NCBI RefSeq assembly: GCF_032444005.1
Contig: NC_091289.1
Coordinates: forward strand, 4,836,001 to 4,900,000
Reading direction: 5' to 3'
Length of the DNA: 64,000 bases
Source of the DNA: Ranitomeya imitator
Lineage: Eukaryota
Shown: piece by piece, positions 48,995-60,598 of the stretch
Numbering within the stretch: position 1 is the first letter of the stretch
Layout of the letters: every line of letters starts with the position of its first letter
The notes under the pieces: generated by a model
The model's database searches: none
The model's input: the letters and a program-made list of their open reading frames with translations, nothing else
What the model was told of the DNA's origin: nothing
Position numbers and translations under genes: made by a program

Positions 48995-51900
48995 CTTATA
49001 CGTGTGATAAGCGTTTGGCGTAGTAAACCATAGACTTAGGCGGAATTGTGCGGACGGATTTGTGATCTCAATAATGGTGGGTGTCACCTCGGCTCCAGCA
49101 GAGACCACAAGGGGTATCGGAGGGTCCTGGACCACGGGGTCTTTGTAACGACTGTGGCTATGGAGGCAAGAAATAACTGGTGCCATAAAACAGTAGCTGG
49201 GAGCCGCATCTTCCCTGACAAGTGGAGGATAATGGCTGCGTGACAGTGTCGTGTTCAATGTAGGACATGATTATACGTCCGGTCGGGGGTACGTTGTCCT
49301 CTACAGCTGTGTTAGGACTACTACGCCCAGCGTGCACCAGTACTCCATCTCCCCCTCCTCTTCGTTCTTTCTGCACCAGTTGATGCCACTTTGTCACCCA
49401 GATGCCAGCAGACAGATTACTGATGAAGGTGGCGACGTGTTGGCTGATCATGGCGTCTTTATCCCTCCATGTCTATTGTTAGGATCCAGCCCGTATAATC
49501 CCCACCCTCCATGTATCCGAGTGGAAGGGGCCGCTAATGAGAGGACGAAGCCTCTGCTCTCCTGGGTAGAGCTCCAGCACCACCGCAGGGCTCAGCGGGG
49601 CTGCCGCCTCTAATTAGGCCATAAGGGGAACGCAGAGATATTGCAGAGGGGGGGACCCCCGCACGGCCATGCTCCGCTGCGGAGAACCCTTAATCCGCCG
49701 CCGTGCAGATCGCTCTGAGTCTGTGACCTTAATATGTGAACCTCTCCGTGTATATAGTATGACCCCAATGATAATGGTGACCCCTCTGTTCTCTTCTAGG
49801 AGCGGAAGCTGTCTGCCCACCCTTATGTGGAGCTCTATAAGGGGGATAAGATAATCTTCATGTGCCCTCTGTCTCGCCAAGATGACTTCTATGTACCTGA
49901 GATGAAGGAGCTGCTGCGGAAGGAGAGAGGCGAGGCGCCCCTGCCCGAGGCTGAAGGTACGTGCCGTAAACTGGGCACCTGTCATGGCGGCTGGGCCTCA
50001 CCTCCCCCAAAACTGCAGGGATGAAATCTAAGCTTCTCAGCAGGTCGGCCCCTAATAGTCAACGATTATAGCAACTGCTGATGATGGATCCGAGGAGCTA
50101 CAGGGAGGTGAAAGCCCCCACAACCGCCCTACGTCTGCCAGGGGCAGAGGGGCCACCTCTCACTGTAGCTTGGTCCCCCCATTGTAGAGGGACTCCACCT
50201 AACCTTGAGCTGAAAGCCATGAGAGTCCTGCCTGATACTGAGCACACGGCACCACGGAAGGAAGAAGTGGCCACATGTGCCGCTTGCCCCCGGCCTGTCT
50301 GTTAATGCGAATATGGAATCTTGCCCCCTCAAGATGCCGCCATCATTGTGCGATTGTTGTAGTGAACCTCGTGGGGAGTATTCATGTCATCGTCTACACG
50401 GCTGTATACATTACAAGTGTCGCCGTGCAGGCTGCAGAAATCCATTATATGAAAATGGGAATTTGTCCGGAGAGACCACCTGACTCACCGGAGTGGTAAG
50501 AGCCTGCGTATGAGGCTACACATGGTCCATCCAACGTATCTACGGTGGTCGGTCACATCCCTGTAAGTCCAGTCTTGGGCCAGGACCTCTCGTGTCAGGG
50601 GTCCGTCAGTCTGTGGGGTCAGTCATGGGACGGATCTGTTTCTTGCAGGGATTTGGTTTTTCTGTGACATGAGCCGTACATAGGACCCAAGGAAAGTCAT
50701 TAGTTCCTCTCGCAGCCGGGAACCTTCCTCGGAGCGGCGGCTGAAAAACTGACTCCAAACCAACTTTCCAGGGGAAAGTCCTGAGTCCTGCAGCCGCTTC
50801 AGGCCGGGGAAGATCCGGGGAACCAAGGAGATGTGTCGGGAGGAAGGAGAAGATCCACACTCTCCTCACATGGCCGATAAACTCTGGAGCGTCCTGGGAT
50901 AACGCGGCGGGGTCAGCAGACCACACATTGGGCAGATCTCCGGTCCCCGCTGCCATGTTACACCTGATATAGGTGGGATCATCTCAGCTGTAAGGATGGG
51001 GGGCACATACTGACACAAGGAGGACAAAGGTTGTGTCTCCTAATTGCCTCCTGCCCGCTCTGCCACGCTCGCACCTCCCAGGGTGCAATGTTTTGCTTCC
51101 TGCCTCCCTCCTGATGGGGGGGTCTGGGACGTGGCAGAGTCAGGATGGTAGACGGGTATCCTACAGCTGTGTCAGCTGCAGTTAACATTATTTTGCACTT
51201 AATGACTCCCTAGAGCAGTGTCAGCGGGGGCCGTGGGCAGCACCAGCTGTCACTGTCACCTCCTCGTGTTACGTTGCCCTCTGCCCCGACTCCCGGCCAT
51301 TTCTCCCAGCCAAGGTCATTACTTGTCCTGGTCGTCAGGCAGCACGAGAGGCGCAGATTTGGTTAATGTGCAGGCGGGCGGGCAGGACGTGGAGCTGACA
51401 CCCCTCATCGTCCCTCTATTATTATCTGTGTCTGTTATTAGGCAGCTGGAAGCTGACGCACCACATGGGCGTAGGGCACAATATACGGCATAATCTGCCG
51501 GGCTGGGGGCCACCTGCGAGCGAGAGACTGGTAGTCGTACTACAATAAGTGAAGTTACATCAGAGAAGCCATTGGGCGGGAAAAAACGCATCCTCGGAGA
51601 CTGCGGCCAGGGAAGGAAATGAAATATAGGGGCTGTTTGCATGGGACTGCAGAGATGAAGAGGCCAAAGTGTAGAAACGTCGTCTCTTCGGTCAGGAAAG
51701 CCAATCCATCCAATAAACAGAAGTAAATTTTGCAGCTAAACTTTGCACTAATGACAATTGTGCTGCAGATGTGACAGTCGCCGGGGTCCAGTCGTGCTAC
51801 GTGCGGACGTCGTTCTGAGGTTTTGCAGTCTCTGAACTCCGGGCTGATGGCGCTCTCCTACACTGATACACTGTAACAAACGCATCCGCTTCATTAGCAA

Positions 51901-52677
51901 GCCTGGTCAGGACAGATTTGGAAGAATTTCCCATTCACTGTTGCCTTGCGGAGTTACAAAGGCCCAGATGAACAATAGCTTTTTACAATTTTAGGTATTT
52001 TTCTGTTTGTGCCACTTTTACGCTTTTTTTTATTTTTCTAGTCTTCGTCTTCTTTATTCTAAGCTTCCAGGACAAAGTGACTGCGGTTCTTTATTTAGAT
52101 ATTTTCAGCTTCATGATTCGAGACTTGCTGCTATGTAGCACTATTTTTGCAACACTTCTAATCTATTTTTTTTTTCTACTGAACAGTTGAAAACTAATTT
52201 GCTAAATTTTAGTTATTAAAAAAAAAAAAAAGTGCAAAATCCAACAGAACAACAAAACAAGCAATGACCCAAAACCCACAAATGATGAAATAGGGCTACA
52301 GTGTATAAGAAAGTTACAGGACTCTGTTTAGAGGGTCCGGGCTGAGGGGCCTGCTGGGAAGACCCTGATTAATGACCTGTATGTCCAGAGTCTAATCATG
52401 TCCCCCTATTTCCCCAGGTGCTGAGCTGGACCCCCTTCTAGAGGACACCCTAAGCCTGGAGCTTGTGTCGGAAAATCAGGAAGAGACTGAGGCTGAAGGC
52501 CCCCAACGAAAGGAGCAAACCGACAGCGAGAAGAGCCCCAGCGAATCCGGGGCCAGCGCGTCTTCCTTCGAAGACCTGGACGCTAACGCTGCAGCGGCCG
52601 CCAAAGCTGAACAGGGCACAAAAAGAGAATGGAGTAAAATGCCGGAGAGCTGGGAAAAAGAAAGAGCGGAGGAATGA
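27790..52677 (+). CDS. TEX264: TEX264, ER-phagy receptor (N-terminal TM helix, GyrI-like domain, C-terminal LIR), spliced gene
   Basis: join(27790..28056,41781..42002,49800..49956,52418..52677) = 906 nt, 301 aa, GT-AG introns, continuous frame. Peptides [71 protein letters not shown] and [13 protein letters not shown] match recalled human TEX264. Confidence 0.96.
28064..31420. repeat. ~29-34-bp G-rich minisatellite at start of TEX264 intron 1, ~100 copies
   Basis: Unit GGGGCAGACCACTGT(GT/AT)nAC(A/G)GAGGGGGGGAC. Confidence 0.97.
31520..32490. repeat. 35-bp C-rich minisatellite
   Basis: Unit TCCCTCCGGCCGCTCTGCCCCATCTCCACTCCTCG. Confidence 0.94.
32929..33667. repeat. 45-bp satellite, ~16 copies
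   Basis: Unit GCAGAATAGTGACCGCAGCTCTGGAGGATAAGACAC(A/G)ATGTAACA. Confidence 0.95.
34246..34646. mobile_element. PIF/Harbinger-type MITE
   Basis: TAA|GGCTACTTTCACACT ... AGTGTGAAAGTAGCC|TAA, perfect 15-bp TIR and 3-bp TSD. Confidence 0.85.
34951..35289. mobile_element. PIF/Harbinger-type MITE
   Basis: TTA|GGGTATGTGCACACG ... CGTGTGCACATAGCC|TAA. Confidence 0.75.
37590..37932. mobile_element. PIF/Harbinger-type MITE
   Basis: Termini GGAATGTGCACAC / GTGTGCACATACC; TTA on both flanks; internal CCGCTGCGGA palindromes. Confidence 0.7.
37942..38287. mobile_element. PIF/Harbinger-type MITE
   Basis: TTA|GGCTATGTGCACACG ... CGTTGGCACATAGCC|TTA. Confidence 0.78.
38450..40790. repeat. ~390-bp tandem repeat, six diverged copies, inside the piggyBac-like element
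   Basis: Core CCCAAACAGTGGTTTACCCCC recurs at 38569, 38957, 39346, 39739, 40133 and 40515. Confidence 0.9.
41781..42002 (+). CDS. TEX264: TEX264 coding exon 2 ([17 protein letters not shown]...HPALEKYVK)
   Basis: 222 nt; TTTTCGGCAG acceptor, GTAGGA donor. Confidence 0.95.
42378..43160. repeat. ~22-bp minisatellite
   Basis: Unit TCTCCGCACTCCTGCCCCTTAT changing to TTGTTCT(T/C)CGCACTCCTGC(C)n. Confidence 0.93.
43652..45026. repeat. (CA)n/(C)n compound repeat with assembly gaps
   Basis: (CA)n-GGCAGTCT-(C)n units; N runs at 44456-44642 and 45027-45214. Confidence 0.93.
45455..45975 (-). mobile_element. CR1-type LINE 3' fragment
   Basis: Minus-strand peptide [16 protein letters not shown] typical of CR1 3' ends; upstream YWVQFWAP-like codons. 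Confidence 0.75.
46265..46780 (+). repeat. Second array of SINE/tRNA A-box head
   Basis: Repeated GGGCAGC(G/A)C(C/G)GTGGCTCAGTGGTTAGTACAGTACTAT with GTGTCCTATGTACTGCACC spacers. Confidence 0.8.
49800..49956 (+). CDS. TEX264: TEX264 coding exon 3 ([37 protein letters not shown]...PEAE)
   Basis: 157 nt; CTCTTCTAG acceptor, GTACGT donor. Confidence 0.95.
52418..52677 (+). CDS. TEX264: TEX264 last coding exon, acidic disordered tail with LIR FEDL
   Basis: 260 nt; TTTCCCCAG acceptor; LIR TTC GAA GAC CTG at 52567-52578; TGA 52675-52677. Confidence 0.92.
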
Positions 52678-53945
52678 CGGACAGATAGGCAGTAACGAGT
52701 CCTCGTAGACCTCTCCGAGATTATAGCCGTTAGTAAATCCTTCAGTGCGCTCCTCCCAGCGTGAACATCCGGAGGCGGCAGATGACTCCCGTCCTCCCAT
52801 CCTGCCGGGAGGTTTAGGTTACTGACAGTCGCTACGGATTTTTGCAGAAAAACTAAAGTTTCCTTTTTAACTTTTTTTTTTTTTTTTTCTGTATTGAAGA
52901 TCTTACTTTCCATCCGAGAGAACTTTTTTTATTTTTTGTTTTCTGGCAAGGTGAATATTGTCTGAGCGAGGAGCGCGGGCCGAGGACCAGGGAGACGAGC
53001 GTCACGTAAAGACTTCGCCACTTTGCTTCACATGTAGGAGACAATTTAGTCCTCAGGGAGTCGGCAGGCTTCAAGGTTGAAGAAGAGGTTTAGAAATGAA
53101 CTGCACACGATGAAGACGCGGCCCCCGGATCCTGCCGCTCCCCTGTTGTGTTCGGATATAGCGGCACAGACATCTCTGACCAGACTGGGCCGAAGGGAGG
53201 GGAAGGCACGGAACCATAAAGCTATAGGCACGTGTGTGAGTGGTAGAATTCCTGAGAGCGGCCGGATTATCAGATATTCTAGATTATCGAATGTACTTAG
53301 ACCGGCTATAAAGATGACCGGTCTGAGAGGAGATTCTTGGAGGAATTTCCTTACTGTTCTAGAGGATTCCTGATCATTCTGGCCCATAATAGGAATGTCG
53401 CACTACCTACTTGATCCCTGGTGGCAGATCCGCAGAATCTGGTGTCATGGACTGCAGAAATACTACCGGGTTATTACGGGGCTATGTTTTACTCTTGAGA
53501 CATTGCAGCTTTTTGGAGGAAGCAAAGGCCTCGACTCGTCAAATTGTTTTTGCATAAATTCTGATGTAAAACTTGGTAGTTTTACACAAACAAAGCATCT
53601 CTGTGTTAGTACACCAGCCCTGTCCACTTTCTGAAGACCAGGGGCAAGTGCAGCCCATAAATTCATCACAGTTTTTGCCATGTCCGTCTCTGACTGAAGT
53701 ACATTTTTTGTGGTACTTGAACGATTCACAGACTTCGTTTAGAGGCGAGCACCTCTTCATGAATTTGGTGTTTTACTCCAGGGAGCCTCCTCCATGATTG
53801 GCAGACAAATCCCAAGTTTTCATGAATCGGGACTATAGTTTCAACAAGTCAGACCCAAGGAGGCCGTCATCCAATGTGCAGATTCTCCTGGTTCGGCTTT
53901 GTTGAAATGGTTTTCCTTTATTTGTGGATGAGAAACTGCGCCACA

Positions 53946-54445
53946 GTCTCTTCTCTCCCCGTGTCCAGGCTTTTTCTTTGCCTCTTCTCTCCCCATATCC
54001 AGGCTTTTTCCTGACCACTTCTCTCCCCATAACCAGGCTTTTTCCTGGCCTCTTCTCTCCCCGTGTCCAGGCTTTTTCTTTGCCTCTTCTCTCCCCATAT
54101 CCAGGCTTTTTCCTGGCCTCTTCTCTCCCCATATCCAGGCTTTTCCTGGCCTCTTCTCTTGCCGGGTCCAGGCTTTTTCCTGACCTCTTCTTTCCCCGTG
54201 TTCAGGCTTTTTCCTGGCCTCTTCTCTTGCCGGGTCCAGGCTTTTTCCTGACCTCTTCTTTCCCCGTGTTCAGGCTTTTTCCTGGCCTCTTCTCTTCCCG
54301 TGTTCAGGCTTTTTCCTGGCCTCTGTTCAGGCTTTTTCCTGGCCTCTTCTCTCCCCGTGTCCAGGCTTTTTCCTGGCCTCCTCTCTCCCCGGGTCCAGGC
54401 TTTTTCTTTGCCTCCTCTCTCCCCGTGTCCAGGCTGTTTCCTGGC
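53946..54445. repeat. ~34-bp pyrimidine-rich minisatellite, in probable TEX264 3' UTR
   Basis: Unit CCAGGCTTTTTCCTGGCCTCTTCTCTCCCCGTGT. Confidence 0.9.
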
Positions 54446-55124
54446 CCCTTCTATCTCTTCCTGGTAAGATTTTTTTTTTCTGCCTGTGATTCGGGCAACC
54501 CAAAACTGATGACCATTTCCCTTCATGCACAATCCTGAGCTCTGATCCCATCCATTGCAGCACAATACTAGAAAACTAAACCAGTATCCCTTCAGGAAAG
54601 GAAGTAATCTGCTAACTGGTCAGGAGACTATTGTTTTACTTTTTGCATGCCAGATTAGCAGGATTTCCAAATCAGGAGGGGCCATTTCATAGGAATTTCC
54701 CTTTACATCTATCACCACCTTGTTCCAGAAAACATAATGACTGGTCCCCATCGATAGTCAGGATAGCCTCTCCAGAACAGAAGGCGGATATATCTGATAA
54801 TCTGGCACCTGCTCAGTCCCTTGTTGACCCTCCGTCTCCCTGGAGGCCTCCTGTTCTATGTGACTAGCAGTCGCTGCTGACCATGTGCCTTGCTGATCGC
54901 CCACACGGCCGCACGTCTGGTTCTTCTCTGTAGTCCTGGACCTGTGTGCTGTGCTCGGACAGATGAGCCGTGTAACCCTGTCATGTCCAAGCTGTACACT
55001 TTGCATATTATGCTGCGATTGTTTTCCTCATTGCTCCATGTTCGACCATGACTTCAGTTGCTGTAGGTCCGTCCTGCCAGGGGTCTTTTCTGTGCTCGGT
55101 GGCTTTGTTACGGACAGCTCCAGC

Positions 55125-55344
55125 AATAAATCAGCCGCTCACCGTAAGCGCCCGTGTCTCCACCTCATGTCTGAGTGGCGAGTGTCCTCCATTCGTGTTT
55201 TGTTCATCAGCGCAGTTTTCGTGTCGTTTTTTAGTTTTATTTATTTATTGACTTTTGCATTGCTCTTTGTTTTTTATTATTCTGATTATTGCTCGTCTGC
55301 GGACATTGTATCATTTCCGGTAATTGTAACCTTTCTGGAATAAA
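55125..55344 (+). terminator. Candidate TEX264 polyadenylation signals
   Basis: AATAAA at 55125-55130 and 55339-55344; would imply a 3' UTR of about 2.5 kb; unverified. Confidence 0.3.
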
Positions 55345-55762
55345 CCGCTCCTCATTCTGTGACGTGTTCACGTCTCCGCGTTCTGTGCCGCGCATTGTGA
55401 GACGCTGTCTGTGTCCTGGGATTCTATCAGGACTAGAGAAACGTCTTCCCTTCACTCCAGATATCAAGGACATGGCGGATCGGAGCTGGATGGTTCCCAA
55501 CTGGAAGACGACTGCGACTGCTCCTGGCACTTCCATTGTCTATGGATGGACAGTAATCCGAGCTGCACTCCTGTGACTCAAGAGCCCGAAGTCACAATAG
55601 TTAGTACCCACCTGATCTATTTATTACATGTGTACGGCGGCATGTAAAAGTTTGGTCAAAATCACTGTTATTGTGAGCAGTTAAGCAAGTTGGAGATGTA
55701 ATAATCTCTAAAAGGCGTAAACTTTCAGATGACACATTTCCTTTGTATTTTAGGCAAAGGAA

Positions 55763-55817
<55 letters not shown>

Positions 55818-55820
<3 letters not shown>

Positions 55821-57324
55821 AAAAAAATAAGGGGAACACTTAAACAGAATATAACTCCAAATAAATCAAACTTCTGTGAAATCAAACTGTCCACTTAGGA
55901 ACAACACTGTTTGACAATCAATCTCACATGCTGTTGTGCAAATGGAATAGACAACAGATGGAAATTATTGGCAATTATTAATACACGCTCAATAAAGAAG
56001 TTGTTCTGCAGGTGGGGACCACAGACCACATCTCAGTACCAATGCTTTCTGGCTGTTTTAGTCACTTTTGAATGTTGGTTGTGCTTTCACACTCGTCGTA
56101 GCATGAGACGGACTTTACAACCCACACAAGTGGCTCAGGTAGTGCAGCTCATCCAGGATGGCACATCAATGCGAGCTGTGGCAAGAAGGTTTGCTGTGTC
56201 TGTCAGCGTAGTGTCCAGAGGCTGGAGGCGCTACCAGGAGACAGGCCAGTACACCAGGAGACGTGGAGGGGGCCGTTGGAGGGCAACAACCCAGCAGCAG
56301 GACCGCAACCTCGGCCTTTGTGCAAGGAGGAACAGGAGGAGCACTGCCAGAGCCCTGCAAAATGACCTCCAGCAGGCCACAAATGTGCATGTGTCTGCAC
56401 AAGCGGTTAGAAACCAACTCCATGAGGATGGTCTGAGGGCCCGACGTCCACAGATGGGGGTTGTGCTCACAGCCCAACACCGTGTAGGATGCTTGGCATT
56501 TGCCACAGAACACCAGGATTGACAGATTTGCCACTGGTGCCCTGTGCTCTTCACAGATGAAAGCAGGTTCACACTGAGCACATGTGACAGACGTGACAGA
56601 GTCTGGAGACGCCGTGGAGAGCGATCTGCCTGCAATATCCTTCAGCATGACCGGTTTGGCAGTGGGTCAGTAATGGTGTGGGGTGGCATTTCTTTGGAGG
56701 GCCGCACAGCCCTCCATGTGCTCGCCAGAGGTAGCCTGACTGCCATTAGGTACTAAGATGAGATCATCAGACCCCTTGTGAGACCATATGCTGGTGCGGT
56801 TGGCCCTGGGTTCCTCCTAATGCAGGACAATGCCAGACCTCATGTGGCTGGAGTGTCAGCAGTTCCTGCAAGATGAAGGCATTGAAGCTATGGACTGGCC
56901 GCCCGTTCCCCAGAACTGAATCCTATTGACCACATCTGGGACATCATGTCTTGCACCATAGACTGTGCAGGAGTTGGCGGATGCTTTAGTCCAGGTCTGG
57001 GAGGAGATCCCTCAGGAGACCATCCGCCGCCTCATCAGGAGCATGCCCAGGCCTTGTAGGGAGATCATACAGGCACGTGGAGGCCACACACACTACTGAG
57101 CATCATTTCCTTGTCATGAGACATTTCCACTGAAGTTGGAACAGCCTGTAATTTGATTTTCCACTTTGATTTTGAGCATCATTCCAAATCCAGACCTCCA
57201 TGGGAAATTCATTTTGATTTACATTGATCATTTTTATGTTTTACTGTTCTCAACACATTCTACTATGTAATGAATAAAGATTTACAACTGAAATATTTGT
57301 GTTCCCTTTATTTTTTGAGCAGTG
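55818..57324 (+). mobile_element. Degraded Tc1-family transposon (second family)
   Basis: TIR remnants CTCAAAAAAATAAGGGGAACAC (55818) and GTTCCCTTTATTTTTTGAGCAGTG (to 57324); TA/TG microsatellites on both sides. Confidence 0.85.
56103..57099 (+). pseudogene. Tc1 transposase pseudogene
   Basis: [20 protein letters not shown]..., LFTDESRF, GSVMVWGGIS, MQDNARPH, SPELNPIDHIW; in-frame stops (~56520, ~56754) and frameshifts; third catalytic E reads as D. Confidence 0.85.
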
Positions 57325-57336
57325 TGTGTATGTGTG

Positions 57337-57380
<44 letters not shown>

Positions 57381-57399
57381 TCATCTTTTAATTTTTTTA

Positions 57400-60005
57400 A
57401 AAATGACAAAAAGGAAAATGGGCCGATACAAAAGTTTGTGCACCTGTGGAGATTTGTGTGCTCAGCTAACTTTGACCCGAGGTTTCACACCTTAGTTAGC
57501 CTGCTAAGGTTCCGGCTTGTTCACCACCATCATTGTTGGGAAAGGCATGGTGATGCAAATTTCCCAACATTATAAAAACCCAGCCTCCTCTAACATCGTG
57601 CCAAGAAACAGCAGCCATGGGTTCTTCTAAGCAGCTGCCTAGCACTCTGAAAATGGTGGAGGCCACAAAGCAGGAGAAGCTATAAGAGACCAAAGCGTTT
57701 TCAAGTTGCCATTTCCTCCGTTTGAAATGTAATTAAGAAATGGCAGTTACCAGGAACAGTGGAGGTTAAGATGAGGTTTGGAAGACCAAGCAAAATGTCA
57801 GCGAGAGCTGCTTGTAGGATTGCTAGACAAGCAAATCAGAATCCCCACTTGACTGCCAAAGATCTTCAGAAATATTTATCAGACTCTGGAGTTGTGGTGC
57901 ATTCTTCTACTGTTCAGAGACACCTGCACAAATATGGCTTCCATGGAAGAGTCATCAGAAGAAAACCTCTGCTGCGTCCTCACCATAAAGATTAGCATCA
58001 AAATTAGGCAAAGAACATTTAAACAAGCCTGATGTATTGTGGAAACGAGTCCTGTGGAGCGATGAGGGTAAAATAGAACTTTTTGGACACAATGATCAAA
58101 GCTATGTCTGGAGAAAAAGCGCACAGAATGTCAGGAAAAGACAACCATTAACCCCTTCACGACATGTGCCTTACATGTACAGAGCATGTCGTGTCCTTCC
58201 CTTTGATGTAAGCTTTGGTGCTGAGCCCACATCTTTCTCAGCAGAGGTCAGCTGTTTTCAACAGCTGACATGTGCCCCTAACAGCTGCGGGTGGAATCGC
58301 AATCCACCCACAGCTGTTAACCCGTTAAATGCCACTGTTAGTCTCTGACAGCGGCATTTAATGTGATTGTGACAGGAGCGAGTCACTAATCCCTCCCATC
58401 GGCGCCCGTGTCGCATGACCGTGGGTCGCCGGTGGGTTGGCATGACAACCAGGGATCTGCAGGAGACCCCTGTGGTTGTCAGTGTCGGATTGCTATGAGT
58501 TCCACCCGTTGGTCGGTGCTCATAGCAAGTGATCATTTCTGCTACATACAGGTGATCTGACCATCTATGTGTAGCAGAGGCGATCGGGTTATGGCAGCTT
58601 CTAGTCTCCCATGGAAACTATAGAAGCATGCCAAAAGTAAAGAAATGTTTTTAAAAATATTAAAGAAATAAAAAATTATAAAAGTTCAAATCACCCCCCA
58701 TTCAAAATAAAACAATTAAAAAAAATACACATTTGGTATCACTGTATTCAGAATCGCCTGATCTATCAAGCTATGAAAATAATCTGATCGGTAAACTGTG
58801 TAGCAAAACAAGTCAAACAGTGAGAAATACGTTTTTTTTGTCGCCGCTACATTACATTAAAATACAATAACAGGCGATCAGAAGATTGTATCTCCACCAA
58901 AATTGTATCATTAAAAACGTCAGCTCGGCACGCAAAAAATTACGTCTTCACTGAACCCAAAATCACAAAAAATGAAGATGCTTTTTTTTTTTTTTTTTTT
59001 GTTTTTTACATACTGGATTTTTTTTCACCATTTTAAATTAAAAAAAGAACCTGTACATGTTTGGTGTCTATGAACCCGTAATGACCTGCACAAGCATAAT
59101 GGCCGGTTAGTTTTAGCATTTATTGAACATGGTAAAAAAAAATCCAAAAAACAGTAGTGGAATTGCACTTTATTTTGCAATTTCACTGCACTTGGAATTC
59201 TTTTCCTGTTTTCGAGTGCACGATATGGTAAAACCAATAGTGTTGTTCAAAAGTACAACTCGTCCCAAAAAAAGCAAGCCCTCACATGGCGATATTGACC
59301 AAAAAATAAAAAAGTCATGGCTGTGGTAAGAAGGGGAGCAAAAACGAAAAAGGGCTGCGGCGTGAAAGGGTTAAGCATCAGGGTGGATCAATCATGCTTT
59401 GGGGATATCTTGCAAGGGGAACAATTTACGGGTAGAAGGAAGAATGGATTCAATGAAATTTCTACAAAATCATCTGTGAAAAAGCTGAAGGTGAAAAGAG
59501 GAAAAGGATGGCTGCTAGAAATGGAGAATGATCCTAAACACACGTCACAATCCACAATAGACGACCTTAAAAGGCGCAAGATGACGGTTTTACAGTGGCC
59601 CTCACAGTCCCCTGATCTAAACCTCATTGAAAATCTGAGGCCAGACCTCAAAATAGCAGAGGATGGAAGACGACCCAGGAATCTCACAGAACGGGAGGAA
59701 TTCTCCAAGGAAGAAAGAAGGAAAATCCCTCACACAAAAGATTGAAAGACTCTTGTCTGGGTACAAAATGTGTTTACAAGCTGTGATATTTGCAAAAGGC
59801 GGCACCACCAGGTATTAACCATGCAAAGTGCCTAAAGTTATGCATCTGCCCATTTTACTTTTTGTGATTTTTAAAATATAAAAGCTGACTATATATAATT
59901 ATTTTTTATTTATTTATTTATTTTTTGTGCCTAACATAAAAAGGCAATGAGTCATCTGTAACTTTAGGCATTTTAGATCATGTCATCTTCAACTTGCTTA
60001 ACTTC
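57400..60005 (+). mobile_element. Degraded Tc1-family transposon (third family) interrupted by a piggyBac-like element
   Basis: Transposase remnants MGSSKQLP (57617), GRVIRRKPLL, VLWSDEGKIELFG, then after the insertion [33 protein letters not shown]; outer TIR ends not found. Confidence 0.8.
58152..59370. mobile_element. Non-autonomous piggyBac-like element, 1219 bp, TTAA TSD
   Basis: TTAA|CCCCTTCACG ... CGTGAAAGGG|TTAA; AT-rich non-coding interior. Confidence 0.8.
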
Positions 60006-60010
60006 ATTTA

Positions 60011-60598
60011 CATACACAGTGACTGCACCAGCAGAATAGTGAGTGCAGCTCTGGAGTATAATACAGGAGGTAACTCAGGATCAGTAATGTAATGTATGTA
60101 CACAGTGACTGCACCAGCAGAATAGTGAGTGCAGCTCTGGAGTATAATACATTACATTCCTGATCCTGAGCTACATCCTGTATTATACCCCCAGAGCTGC
60201 ACTCACTATTCTGCTGGTGCAGTCACTGTGTACATACATTTCTGATCCTGAGTTACATCCTGTATTATACCCCAGAGCTGCACTCACTATTCTGCTGGTG
60301 CAGTCACTGTGTACATACATTACATTTCTGATCCTGAGTTACATCCTGTATTATACTCCAGAGCTGCACTCACTATTCTGCTGGTGCAGTCACTGTGTAC
60401 ATACATTCCTGATCCTGAGTTACATCCTGTATTATACCCCAGAGCTGCACTCACTATTCTGCTGGTGCAGTCACTGTGTACATACATTACATTTCTGATC
60501 CTGAGTTACATCCTGTATTATACCCCAGAGCTGCACTCACTATTTTGCTGGTGCAGTCACTGTGTACATACATTCCTGATCCTGAGTTACATCCTGTA
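60011..60598. repeat. ~80-87-bp satellite with orientation switch at ~60150
   Basis: CAGTGACTGCACCAGCAGAATAGTGAGTGCAGCTCTGGAGTATAATAC forward twice, then reverse-complement copies. Confidence 0.9.
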
